Source: a virus (taxonomy: Duplodnaviria; Caudoviricetes). Taken from it: 64,000 nt of DNA. Below the pieces are notes generated by a model. The model saw nothing but the letters and a program-made list of their open reading frames with translations, searched no databases and was not told the origin of the DNA. This document shows positions 49,414-59,500 of the stretch, piece after piece. Each line of letters opens with the position of its first letter. The stretch's first letter is position 1. The stretch is from positions 1-64,000 of the IMG/VR virus record IMGVR_UViG_3300033121_002300. One strand, 5' to 3'. The translations under genes were made by a program, and so were the position numbers.

Positions 49414-49971
49414 TTATTTTTGAATATTTAAATATTCAAGTTCAAAGGCTGAAGCTATTTTCTTTAAGTTATGCCCAAAAACCTGACCGGTTATCTCATC
49501 CATATAAGCTTGAGCTGCAACTTGAAGAGGATCGTGTGATGCTGATTTATTCATTTGAGCTATTTCAGCTTCAGTTTGAATAAATGCATTTGAGTAAAGA
49601 TCCTGGCATTCTTCAGGCCAATTAGCAGACTTATTTAATCCGTATCCAGCCATAACATCAACAGGTTCAGATAAGTTATACATACTCAATGCATCACAAT
49701 GAGCCTGTTTAACAATTAAATTAGCCACATCTTCAGCGGTAAGCTGAGGTTCATTTGAATTATTAACCGTAACCCCAGCTTCAGCAAGTTTGACTAAAGT
49801 TTGCTCTACCGTATAATCATATAAAGCCTGGTCATCATCTGAAAAACTTGCAGACTTATTTAATCCATATTCCTGAAAAAAATCACGAGAATCAGTTAAT
49901 TGATATGATGACATAACATCGTTTTCTGCTTGAGAAACAATTAACTGATCCTTTGAAGTATATTCACTCAT
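49414..49971 (-). CDS. acidic head-cluster protein with repeated NKSA motifs
   Basis: YGLNKSAS, YGLNKSAN, MNKSAS, KKIAS. Confidence 0.6.
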   Translation of the reverse strand: MSEYTSKDQLIVSQAENDVMSSYQLTDSRDFFQEYGLNKSASFSDDDQALYDYTVEQTLVKLAEAGVTVNNSNEPQLTAEDVANLIVKQAHCDALSMYNLSEPVDVMAGYGLNKSANWPEECQDLYSNAFIQTEAEIAQMNKSASHDPLQVAAQAYMDEITGQVFGHNLKKIASAFELEYLNIQK

Positions 49972-50019
49972 AAAAACTCCTTCTAAAATACTATTAAAAT
50001 TTATTGCTGAATTCTAATG

Positions 50020-50086
50020 TCAAGGTTGACAATAGCAATACAACCCTGATATTAAAATTCAACGATCCATTCAGGATCGTTGAATT
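50020..50086. repeat. two adjacent inverted repeats in an intergenic spacer
   Basis: Perfect 13 bp AATTCAACGATCC/GGATCGTTGAATT (50056-86) plus TCAAGGTTG/CAACCCTGA (50020-49). Confidence 0.8.
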
Positions 50087-50090
50087 CTTC

Positions 50091-51326
50091 TTATTCTCCG
50101 CCTAATGCAACGTATTCAAACAAACTGGCTTCTTTTTTGAAATTTTCATTATAAACCTGTTCAAAAATTTCACCAACATATGCTTTAGCAGCCAAAGCCA
50201 TAGGGTCTGAAACATTAGCTGATTTTTGCAACTCATTAACATCTATCCCAAGATCAGCAAGAGCTTGATTATAACCATCAGCAAAAATTTCGCTTCCCAT
50301 TGACTGCTCTTTTGTCATTCTGTTATAACCATACAGTCCAGCCCCACCTAAAGCAGCAGCTCCAACACCAGCTTGAACATAAGGGTTTTTAGCTGCATTC
50401 ATAACATGAGCCGCACCTTGTCTTAATGTATCAGAAGCCTGGTTATAAGCAGCATTAGCTCTTCCAGAAAAAGAACGAGCGTAGGCTTCTTGATTTGCCT
50501 GCTGAATAGCCGCATGAGCCTGAGCAGCTCTTTCAGCTTCCATCATCGCAGCTTGAGATCTTGTAGGCATGCCTCTCATGTGAGCAACTCCGTCCCCTGC
50601 CATTCCATAAAGTTCTTTAGCACCAGAAGCTATTGATTTTCTACCTTTATAAGCACCGAGAGCAGCTAGACCTGCAGCTCCTAATCCCGCACCTATCGAA
50701 CCGTATCCAGCAGCTCTTTCAACGCCAGGTGAAGCTCTCAATATATCATCAAGATTAATCTGACTTTCTAGGTGAGAAATATCTCTAATTTCATTTTTTA
50801 CAGAGCTTGGCAATACTCTATTTCCAAGATCCATAACACGCTGATCAACAGCGCCAGCTAACCCTTTAATAGAACTCCCGGCAGCCCTGAGTTTATTTGC
50901 GGCGCTTGCCTTAAGACCTTTAATAGCCTCCATCCCCGCTGTGGCTGCGGATGCTGTTTTAACAGCAAAACCATTCCCTGTATCGTACATGTTTCCCCCT
51001 TTGTTAACTGATTCTCTTATGATATTAGCATGTTTGGCAATATTAATAGCCTGTAAAGCTGCAACTTTATCTAACTTAAACATAGTCTGTTCATCTAAGT
51101 TAGACACAGCCTGCTTGAAAGCATCCTCAATGGTTGAGGCTTTTTTTTCTTCTTTTTTTTCTTCTTTTTTATCCTCTTCCTTCTTATCTTCTTTCTTTTC
51201 CTTTTTGTCTTCTTTTTCTTCTTCATCTTCTTTCTTTTTATCTTTTTTTTCTTCTTCTTTTTCAGAAGCAGACTTATTGAGACTACCAGAAAGATGGTTG
51301 TTAATAAAATCCTGCAAAGATGGCAT
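50091..51326 (-). CDS. putative internal head/ejection protein
   Basis: K/E/D low-complexity block between NKSAS and KKAST; Gly/Ala zipper segments; several K-x-A sites. Confidence 0.6.
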   Translation of the reverse strand: MPSLQDFINNHLSGSLNKSASEKEEEKKDKKKEDEEEKEDKKEKKEDKKEEDKKEEKKEEKKASTIEDAFKQAVSNLDEQTMFKLDKVAALQAINIAKHANIIRESVNKGGNMYDTGNGFAVKTASAATAGMEAIKGLKASAANKLRAAGSSIKGLAGAVDQRVMDLGNRVLPSSVKNEIRDISHLESQINLDDILRASPGVERAAGYGSIGAGLGAAGLAALGAYKGRKSIASGAKELYGMAGDGVAHMRGMPTRSQAAMMEAERAAQAHAAIQQANQEAYARSFSGRANAAYNQASDTLRQGAAHVMNAAKNPYVQAGVGAAALGGAGLYGYNRMTKEQSMGSEIFADGYNQALADLGIDVNELQKSANVSDPMALAAKAYVGEIFEQVYNENFKKEASLFEYVALGGE

Positions 51327-51392
51327 TTCCCTTTTCCTCCAAAATAAATTCTTATATTAAATATTAATTAGCAAATCAAAAACTTATGATAA

Positions 51393-53180
51393 TCATCCTT
51401 TATCAAAAAATTTTCTCCTATCATTATAGTACAACTTATCAGTATTAGAATTCAATAACCCTTGCAATATTTCAGCATTTGTAGCATCAAATTTTATCCC
51501 AGCTCTAAGTAATTCTTTTTTTACAAGAGGGGAATTTAGAAAATTTGAGAGCTTGGGTAGTAATTCTGGTTCCGATAAAATCCTAGCAATCAAAACAGCC
51601 TGAGCTTGTTGACCCAATTGATCTGTAACCGCTGAATAGTCAACAGCAGGTTCAGATGCTGTTTTACTAAACCCACGAGAAAGAACAAATTCAGGTGAAT
51701 AACTTTTCCTTTGTAAAAAAGGTTCAACAATATAAATAACCTTTTTAAACTCATCAATATTAGGCTCTGATTTATTTATATTTATCTTTATGTCAACCTT
51801 AAATACCGGTTCATCATATGAGGATAACCTAAAATCCCTGCATGATGATACTGCCCTTGAGATTAAACCACTAACACCTAAAGGTAGATCAAATAATAAG
51901 TTAGCAATATCCTGATTAGTCGGATTAATAGACATCAAACCCAAATATGATAATAAATTACTTAAAGGGAAGTTCCTTAATCTTTTTATTACTGGTAAAG
52001 GAAACGGTTCTTCGGAATTTCTCCAACTGCTTAAATTATTAGAAACAACATTAGCAAGCTCATGAGAATAATCCATATTTTTCATGTTCATAGGTTTAAT
52101 GGAAATAGGCTGCTGATTACTGTCAAAAACCGGAAGATGCACTCTTGGTTTATATTCATCCAAAGAAGACTTAAATGTTGGAGTCTGCACCTGCTTATCA
52201 GCACTTAAAACATTTACATCTCTATCGTCAATAGCAATTTTATCAGCGATTGACTGATTTCTTGATTCCAACACATCTATGTTAGCTTGTTTCGAATAAA
52301 TTAAATAATCATTACCAAAACACCAGGTATTTTCAGAATAATAAATTTTATCCGAATCAAAGGCAACTTTAGTCAACATAGCAGCAACAGGATCTGCTGG
52401 TCTATCAGTTAAAGTCATATCAAAGAAATAAGGGTAATCATTCGCCATTGCATATAAACGACCATTTATATCAATAATTCCACGAGTTCTCCTGTCTCTC
52501 AAGCATGAACAGTAATTACTTAATGATGTTGATAGATTACCACAGTTCATACAGCGATCAAATCCAACATCACAAGCCATTGAAACCCCAACAGGTTCAC
52601 CATTATCAATTTTGTACACCCATTTAGGAAATTTCTGTTCAGAAACAGTTTGAATTATCTCAACACGATACACTTTAGGGTTCCAAAATTCTTTTAGAAT
52701 ATAACCACCACGAGGTTCTTTAGGATTTGAGTAATCAACCGGTTTACCCATTAACTCAGGAGGGACTCTATTATTATGTTCTTGAAAGGTATTACCACCT
52801 CCAATTTGAATCCCTCTGGAATCAAATTTAGTTGGAAAAGTTGAAATACCCCAGACCTTTGGTATTTTATTTCGATACTTATCGAAATGACTTTGAGGAA
52901 CATCAGAAGGGTGCTTACCTAACAAACCGTTTATAGGAAATGTATCAGCTTTTTTATTAGCCCCCCAATATTCTGTACTACCAATACCGGTAACAAGTAT
53001 TATCCTATATCCCGGAATAGGTTCAAGCTTTGAAGCATATTCTAAAGCCTCCTCAGAGGCTGCGGTCTTGGAAAAACGATCATCAAACTCATATCCTGAT
53101 TTTGTTAATACAAACGGGGTTACTCTTTTCTCTTTTGAAGAAAGATATTCACTGTTTGATAATGTTATTCGTTTTTCCAT
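51393..53180 (-). CDS. probable prohead maturation protease with a zinc-binding insertion
   Basis: FQEHNN (His), GVSMAC (Ser), CMNC..CSC insertion, DMTLTDRPADPVA (compare the S.V..PA...A end of HK97/herpes-fold proteases). Confidence 0.6.
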   Translation of the reverse strand: MEKRITLSNSEYLSSKEKRVTPFVLTKSGYEFDDRFSKTAASEEALEYASKLEPIPGYRIILVTGIGSTEYWGANKKADTFPINGLLGKHPSDVPQSHFDKYRNKIPKVWGISTFPTKFDSRGIQIGGGNTFQEHNNRVPPELMGKPVDYSNPKEPRGGYILKEFWNPKVYRVEIIQTVSEQKFPKWVYKIDNGEPVGVSMACDVGFDRCMNCGNLSTSLSNYCSCLRDRRTRGIIDINGRLYAMANDYPYFFDMTLTDRPADPVAAMLTKVAFDSDKIYYSENTWCFGNDYLIYSKQANIDVLESRNQSIADKIAIDDRDVNVLSADKQVQTPTFKSSLDEYKPRVHLPVFDSNQQPISIKPMNMKNMDYSHELANVVSNNLSSWRNSEEPFPLPVIKRLRNFPLSNLLSYLGLMSINPTNQDIANLLFDLPLGVSGLISRAVSSCRDFRLSSYDEPVFKVDIKININKSEPNIDEFKKVIYIVEPFLQRKSYSPEFVLSRGFSKTASEPAVDYSAVTDQLGQQAQAVLIARILSEPELLPKLSNFLNSPLVKKELLRAGIKFDATNAEILQGLLNSNTDKLYYNDRRKFFDKG

Positions 53181-53188
53181 TTAACTTA

Positions 53189-53755
53189 TTACTGAAGGTA
53201 AGGAATTAATTCCTGTGGAACAAGACCGTTTGCAATCATTGTAGGAATAAGAACACTTACATCACTCGCTGTTTTATTTAAAGCATTTTCAACCATTTGC
53301 TCATAAATAGCAGGTTCGGTTGGAACAACATTTTCAAAAACAGGAACAAGCTGATCGTCAATATTAACAACCTTGCTTGCCATTTTTTCCATAAAGGACT
53401 CAGATTCACTTACATGATTTGCAACTTTCCCCATAGCAGGACCAGCCATTGCAACATTATTTATTGCGTTTGAAATAGTCTGATATCTTTCAGAAATAGT
53501 ACCCTTATAAGGAATTAAGTTAGTTCCAGATATTTGACCATCAAGATAGTTCTGTCTATTGGCGGCCGCTCTCATTTCTGATAAAACAGAAAACTGAGCT
53601 CTACTTGGATCTGGATTTACCATACCAGCCCCATGATTTCCAAAGGCTGTAGGGAGAGCTTCCTCATTAGCCTGCTTAGCCTTAAAGAGAGCTCTTTCAG
53701 CTAAGTTTAATAGTCTGTCGTTTTGGTTGTACATGTTTGTCTCCTTACTGCACAA
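53189..53755 (-). CDS. head-cluster protein with K-x-A motifs
   Basis: GKVAN, EKMAS, NKTAS; start probably MYNQND. Confidence 0.55.
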   Translation of the reverse strand: MCSKETNMYNQNDRLLNLAERALFKAKQANEEALPTAFGNHGAGMVNPDPSRAQFSVLSEMRAAANRQNYLDGQISGTNLIPYKGTISERYQTISNAINNVAMAGPAMGKVANHVSESESFMEKMASKVVNIDDQLVPVFENVVPTEPAIYEQMVENALNKTASDVSVLIPTMIANGLVPQELIPYLQ

Positions 53756-53833
53756 GAAATTTTAAAAAAAATTTAACATAAAAACATTAACAAGTATATT
53801 ATATAATATCAATCATCATTCACGCAACTGCAA

Positions 53834-54925
53834 TTATCTTACCATGCTAAATAATTGAGTTCCGGTATTTGCTACATCAAAAGGTAAACTCATTGAATTA
53901 CCGCTTATCTTTTGTTGTGCTTCAGCTAACTCTTTCATAATTACAGGAGTTGCTCCTCCAAAATTTACCATATTTTCAATAAAATTAGCAGAGACCCTTA
54001 TATCTCTCCCAACAGACGGAGCTATTCTGAAAATCATTCGATAATAATCAAGAATCATTTGTCTATCTAAACCGGCAAGCATTGGTTTTATTTCAAATAT
54101 TTTTGAAAGATTATATCTTATAGGTATTTCAATTGTCGGATCTGGAACACCAATATTTTTAAATGTATCAATTACTTTCATAGCAGCAAGCCCTCCTCCG
54201 GCAAGAGCTGCTCCTCCGGCTAAAGGGCCCAATAATTGACCAACAGTTGATCGTTGCATTTTACCGATCAAAGTGTCGCTTTTTTGAAGCTCACGATTTA
54301 ATCTTTCTTTTTCAAGAATAGACTTTTCTATTTCAAGATCTTTTAATGTATTTTCAGTTGAACGTAGTTGGGTTTCAACTAATTCCTTTATATGTCTAGG
54401 TTCAACCCCTACATCAGCAAGTCTACCTATATCTCCGATCATGTTACTTAATTCCGGAGATAATTCAGACAAAGCCCTGGTTGCTTTATAGTCTCTATAA
54501 GCATTTGCACCAAAATGAGTCAAACCAGCTCCAGCTCCAATTAAACCCATAGCAGCTAAACCGCCAACTTTATTCGAATGAGCTTGCCTTAATTTCTGTA
54601 TATCATCTAATCTCTGTTTCTTTTTCAATATATCTTCTTGACTTAATTTAAAGGCATTATCATATTCAGCCCTCTCTTTTCCATGTAATAACTTAATCTT
54701 CTCAATCTCTTCTCTGCTAGGCATATCTCCAATTGGGCTTAAAGTTAAAGACGGAGGAGTGTAATTTCTAACCTGATCATTTAATACCCTTTCTTCAACT
54801 TCAAGCAAAGGGTAAGACTTACTAAACGGCCTTATCTTTTCACTATATTCAGTAAGAGCTTCACCTAATGGTTTTACAAATGAAAAAATACTACCAGATT
54901 TAACCTTAGAATCTAAACTACCCAT
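53834..54925 (-). CDS. putative ejection/internal protein
   Basis: GGLAAMGLIGAGAGL and GPLAGGAALAGGGLAA glycine zippers, coiled coil. Confidence 0.55.
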   Translation of the reverse strand: MGSLDSKVKSGSIFSFVKPLGEALTEYSEKIRPFSKSYPLLEVEERVLNDQVRNYTPPSLTLSPIGDMPSREEIEKIKLLHGKERAEYDNAFKLSQEDILKKKQRLDDIQKLRQAHSNKVGGLAAMGLIGAGAGLTHFGANAYRDYKATRALSELSPELSNMIGDIGRLADVGVEPRHIKELVETQLRSTENTLKDLEIEKSILEKERLNRELQKSDTLIGKMQRSTVGQLLGPLAGGAALAGGGLAAMKVIDTFKNIGVPDPTIEIPIRYNLSKIFEIKPMLAGLDRQMILDYYRMIFRIAPSVGRDIRVSANFIENMVNFGGATPVIMKELAEAQQKISGNSMSLPFDVANTGTQLFSMVR

Positions 54926-55724
54926 CTATCATAACCCCCGCAACATTATTTAAACTTTGTCTCTTCTGATTTAACTCATCCAATTCATTTACAATTGAAA
55001 TAAACTCACCAGTTAAATGATTAAAATTACCCTCAAGAGATGCTAGTTTGGAAATTTTTGAATCCATTGGATATAAATTTGTTTTAATACCTATATGAGA
55101 TTTAGCATTATTATTATCATAAAGATAATCAATTAAAGCAGAAGCCTTTTTAGATAAAGAAGTTAAAATATCAGATTTGGAATAACCAACTCTTTTTAAG
55201 TCATCCACACAATCATTTGCCTCTTTTAAGATCTTCTCCATCTTAATTTCAGTTTTTACTTTTTTATCTTTTAAACTGTAAATATCATCATTAGCCAGCT
55301 TGCGCATAAGAGGAGCTACATTTATCTTTGGAGGAACACTTTTATTCTCACCAGAAAGATTAGCGCTTTTACGCAAAGAGTTACTTAAGTCAACGCCCTC
55401 CCAGAAAGAGGAACTTGATTTATATTCTGGATAGTTATAATTAGCAACCTTTGTTTTTGGTTTATTATATTTATCCAAATAAGAAACAACTTCGTCATAT
55501 CCAGCAATAGGAACATTATGAGAACCAGTTTTAAGAACATAAGCTTCATTTGTCAATCCGACCATGTTCTTGATTTTATTATCATTGAAGTTTTCCTTTG
55601 TTGCAGCTTTAGCAATCAAGGAAGACAAAGGAACTCTTGCCTCCGGATCAACGCTAGAAGATAAATGATCTTCTATTATTTGCTCTGCAATTTTACGCAT
55701 CCTCGGCTTTATATCTTGGACCAT
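54918..55724 (-). CDS. head-cluster protein with K-x-A motifs
   Basis: RKIAE, RKSAN, RKLAN, KKASA, SKLAS. Confidence 0.55.
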   Translation of the reverse strand: MVQDIKPRMRKIAEQIIEDHLSSSVDPEARVPLSSLIAKAATKENFNDNKIKNMVGLTNEAYVLKTGSHNVPIAGYDEVVSYLDKYNKPKTKVANYNYPEYKSSSSFWEGVDLSNSLRKSANLSGENKSVPPKINVAPLMRKLANDDIYSLKDKKVKTEIKMEKILKEANDCVDDLKRVGYSKSDILTSLSKKASALIDYLYDNNNAKSHIGIKTNLYPMDSKISKLASLEGNFNHLTGEFISIVNELDELNQKRQSLNNVAGVMIDG

Positions 55725-56424
55725 CGTACCTTACCTTTAACCTTTTATTATTTACTATAATAGGACTCTTATGAACCTCATTTCCTAGTTCATAAAAATT
55801 TCCATAGCCCCGTCTTTCGATTACAGTTATCTCGCCGGGCACGTTAACATCATTTCGAACTCGCCACTCTCTTTCTTGTGGTAATTTACATTCAAATTCA
55901 ACTTTAGGAATTTGTAATGCATAAACAGGCACCCCATCAGAAAGAGTACCCAAAAACTTGGATTGCCTTAAGTATAAAACAAGAGTTGCCATTTGATCTC
56001 TCCAGAACAGAATACACCTTTCTTCCTGAGGATCTAAATCATACTCAACAACGTATTGCTTTCTGTTTTCAGGTGTAGGCTCAATTGGGGAAATGTTTTT
56101 TATAACCAACTCATTAGTCTCTTGATCTATATAAGCTGTATTTATATCTTCCGGAAATCTATTTTGAATCTTCAATTTATCTTTACTCACTATGATTTTA
56201 TCTATCTCAGCCCAAGGGGTGTAACTTCTTCCGATATTAAAAATGTCAAACCCAACAAGGCCCTCTCTTTTAAAGATAAGAGTATTTCCGTCTTCATAAT
56301 CATCACTTAATGGAACTTGAGTTCCTTGTGTCATTCCTTTAACTAAAGCTGTCATAAATACCTCTCGTGTGTACAATAATAGAACTATTAATAGTTTATC
56401 ATTTATAGAATATGTTGTAAACAA
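55693..56424 (-). CDS. hypothetical protein
   Basis: Real start probably MTALVK (GAGAGG upstream). Confidence 0.5.
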   Translation of the reverse strand: MFTTYSINDKLLIVLLLYTREVFMTALVKGMTQGTQVPLSDDYEDGNTLIFKREGLVGFDIFNIGRSYTPWAEIDKIIVSKDKLKIQNRFPEDINTAYIDQETNELVIKNISPIEPTPENRKQYVVEYDLDPQEERCILFWRDQMATLVLYLRQSKFLGTLSDGVPVYALQIPKVEFECKLPQEREWRVRNDVNVPGEITVIERRGYGNFYELGNEVHKSPIIVNNKRLKVRYDGPRYKAEDA

Positions 56425-56554
56425 ACATTTTTTACTATCAAAAAAACCAACCTTCTTTGCACTATTTTTATGAAACGTGAGGTGAGTATGTTAATTAAAT
56501 TTTACCAAAAAAAAGAAAATACTCACAATTACTATTTTTTAATTAATCAATTTT

Positions 56555-56563
56555 TGTTAAAAT
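56555..56563 (+). promoter_or_regulatory. TGTTAAAAT extended -10-like site before the RNAP gene
   Basis: 30 nt upstream of the ATG; AAGGA RBS. Confidence 0.45.
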
Positions 56564-56593
56564 TTAAATGTATGTAAATAAAAGGAAAATCAA

Positions 56594-59500
56594 ATGAGGC
56601 AACCGGATCAGTACACAAAAGCAATACAGGATTCCTTGAAACAAGTTTTAGAACAAACTTACAGTAAGATAGACGGAAAAAATAAATCAATAGAATTAAA
56701 TAACATAACATTTGATCCTATTCCTGAAAGTGATAATTACGCTAAGCAAAAAAAGATATTATTAAACAAAGAAACCGAGGGTGTTAACTTTTATGGAGAT
56801 GTAAGATTAGTTGATAAAGAATCAGGGAAAATAATTGACGAAAAAAAGAAACTTAAACTAGGTTTATTGCCCACAGTAACAGATAGACATTCATTTATAA
56901 TAAACGGAAAAGAATACAATGTTTTTAATCAACTTAGATTACAACCGGGTATATACACAAAAATAGATCAAAATGGATTACCAGTTGCGGGATTTAATCT
57001 GGAAAAAGGTAAGAACATGCAAATAACATATGTTCCCGCAAAAGAAAGGATGATGTTAAAAATTGAAAACACCAATATACCATTATACACACTCCTTAAA
57101 GATGTTTATAATTTACCGGAATCAAAATTAATTGAAGCGTTTGGAAAAGAATTTCACGGGTATCAGATTGATAAATATAAGAATGACTCTGAAAGATATT
57201 TAAACAATTTATATAAAGCTTTGACAGGTAATGAAGTTTCAGGTAGAACACCAAATCAGATGGCAATTGAAATAAAAGAGAGATTAAGTAAAACATCTAT
57301 GAATCCTGAAATAACCAAAATGACAACAGGAAAAGAATTTTCAAGTGTCACATCAGACTCTATTTTGGAAGGAGCAAAACAGGTACTAGGAATTCATCAA
57401 GGTAAAATCAACCCATCTGAAAGAGATAATTTAGCTTTTAAATCAGTATTATCGGCTGAAGATTTCATTAAGGAAAAATTCACCAAACTTGCACCTCAAA
57501 TAAAAAACAAGATTAAATTTAAGTTAGATAAATCAGATAAAATAATGGATACCGGAATATCAAGACAGGTGAGAGAAACTTTAAATGATTTTTTTACAAA
57601 AAGTAGACTGGTTAATTACTCTCAACAAATCAACCCAATGGAATTTCTTGAAAGCAGTCACAAAATAACCTCAATAGGAGAAGGCGCTATTTCAGATGTA
57701 CACTCATTACCGATTGAGAATAGAGATATACACTGGTCATTTGGTGGGTTCATAGACCCTGTAAGGACACCTGATAATATGAGAGCTGGAGCGGATGTAA
57801 GAACAGCGATGTCAGCATGGAAGGAGGGTAATACACTTAAGTCATTAGCTTTTAATAAATCAGGTCAACCGGTCGAAGTTTCTCCAGCTGAATTGTTTTA
57901 TAAAACCTATTCAATGCTGAATCAAAAATCAACAATTAAAGAAAACGGTCAAGAACTTTTTCCTGCATTTAGAAAAGGAAATATTGTTTACGTGCCCAAG
58001 AAAGAAATTGATTTTTTTGTAAAACCAGATTATGCCTTTACTCCAACAACGGCATATATCCCTTTTCTTGAATCAAATCAAGGTCAAAGATGCGCAATGG
58101 GAGCTAAAATGTTAACTCAAGCCTTATCATTAAAAGACAGAGAGACTCCATTAATTTCAACAGATGCCAGTAAGTTAATAGAAAATTCTTACGTACCAAA
58201 GTCAAAAGTTGACGGAGTTGTTGAGAAAATAAATAAAGACACATTGGAAATAAGAGATGAAAACGGAAACATTCATCATCACAATGTACCTAATAACTTC
58301 CCATTAAATTACCACTCATTTCTTGATTTTACTCCACTTGTAAAACCAGGTGATAAGGTTAAACAAGGTGACGTACTAGGTGATACAAATTTTTCCAGGA
58401 ACGGAAAAATGGCGCTTGGAGTAAACTTAAACGTTGCTTATATGCCATATAAAGGTTTAAATAACGATGATGCATTTGTTATAACTCAGCAAGGAGCAGA
58501 TAAGCTAACGTCACTGCATACATTTATATATGAATTACCATTATCTCCGGGAATAATTGCAGATAAAGAAAAATTCAGATCATATTATCCAAACAAATAT
58601 TCAGTTCAGCAATTAATGAAAATACAAAATTCAATAATTAAACAGGGAGCAAAAGTTGAGCCAGGAGATCCGTTGATTTTAGCATTAAGGAAAAAAAGTG
58701 AGTCACCTGAGGTCTTAATGATAGGAAAGATGTCGAGTCGAATATCTAATCCTTATGAGGATATTTCAATTTCATGGGATAAAGATTATCCTGGTGAAGT
58801 TATCGAAGTAGTAAGCGCAGGAGATCATTTAAAGGTAATTGTAAAAGCGGAAAGCCCTATGGTCATAGGAAGTAAGCTAGCTGGTAGATATGGTAATAAA
58901 GGGGTTGTAGCAGAAATTATCCCAAACCACCTTGCTCCAAAAAAAGAAAATGGAGAAATTCCTGATATAATAATGAACCCATCAACGATACCAAGCCGTA
59001 TGAATGTAGGTCAAACTCTTGAAACAGGATTGGCTAAGATAATAAAAAATAAAGGGCTTAACTCTCAATATATTCAAAACTTTAGCGGAGTTAAGAATAT
59101 AGAAGAAATGGAAAAAGCCATGGATAAAGCTGGTATAAAAGGAAGTGAAACATATATAGATCCTGAGACCGGAAAAAAAATTCCAAACGTATTTAACGGA
59201 TATCAATATATTTTAAAATTATTTAAAGAAGCTGAAACTGCTTATTCAGCGAGAAGTACTGGTAAATATGATATTGACTTAAGACCAATGAGAGGTGGGG
59301 TTGAAGGAAGTAAAGCAATTGGAATGTTAGACTTTTATGGAGTGTTGGCTCATAAGGGAGGTAATCGAGCTCTTTTATCAGAAATGGGTACTCTTAAGGC
59401 TGAATACAATCCTGAGTTTTGGTCAAGCTTATTACAAGGTAAACCGCTCCCTGCCCCAAAACCTACATTTGCTTTTAATAAATTTATTGGAATGATGCAG

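Noticed and set aside
50941-51360. 139 aa + strand ORF rich in S/F
   Set aside because: Antisense shadow of the K/E low-complexity block in 50091-51326; no RBS.
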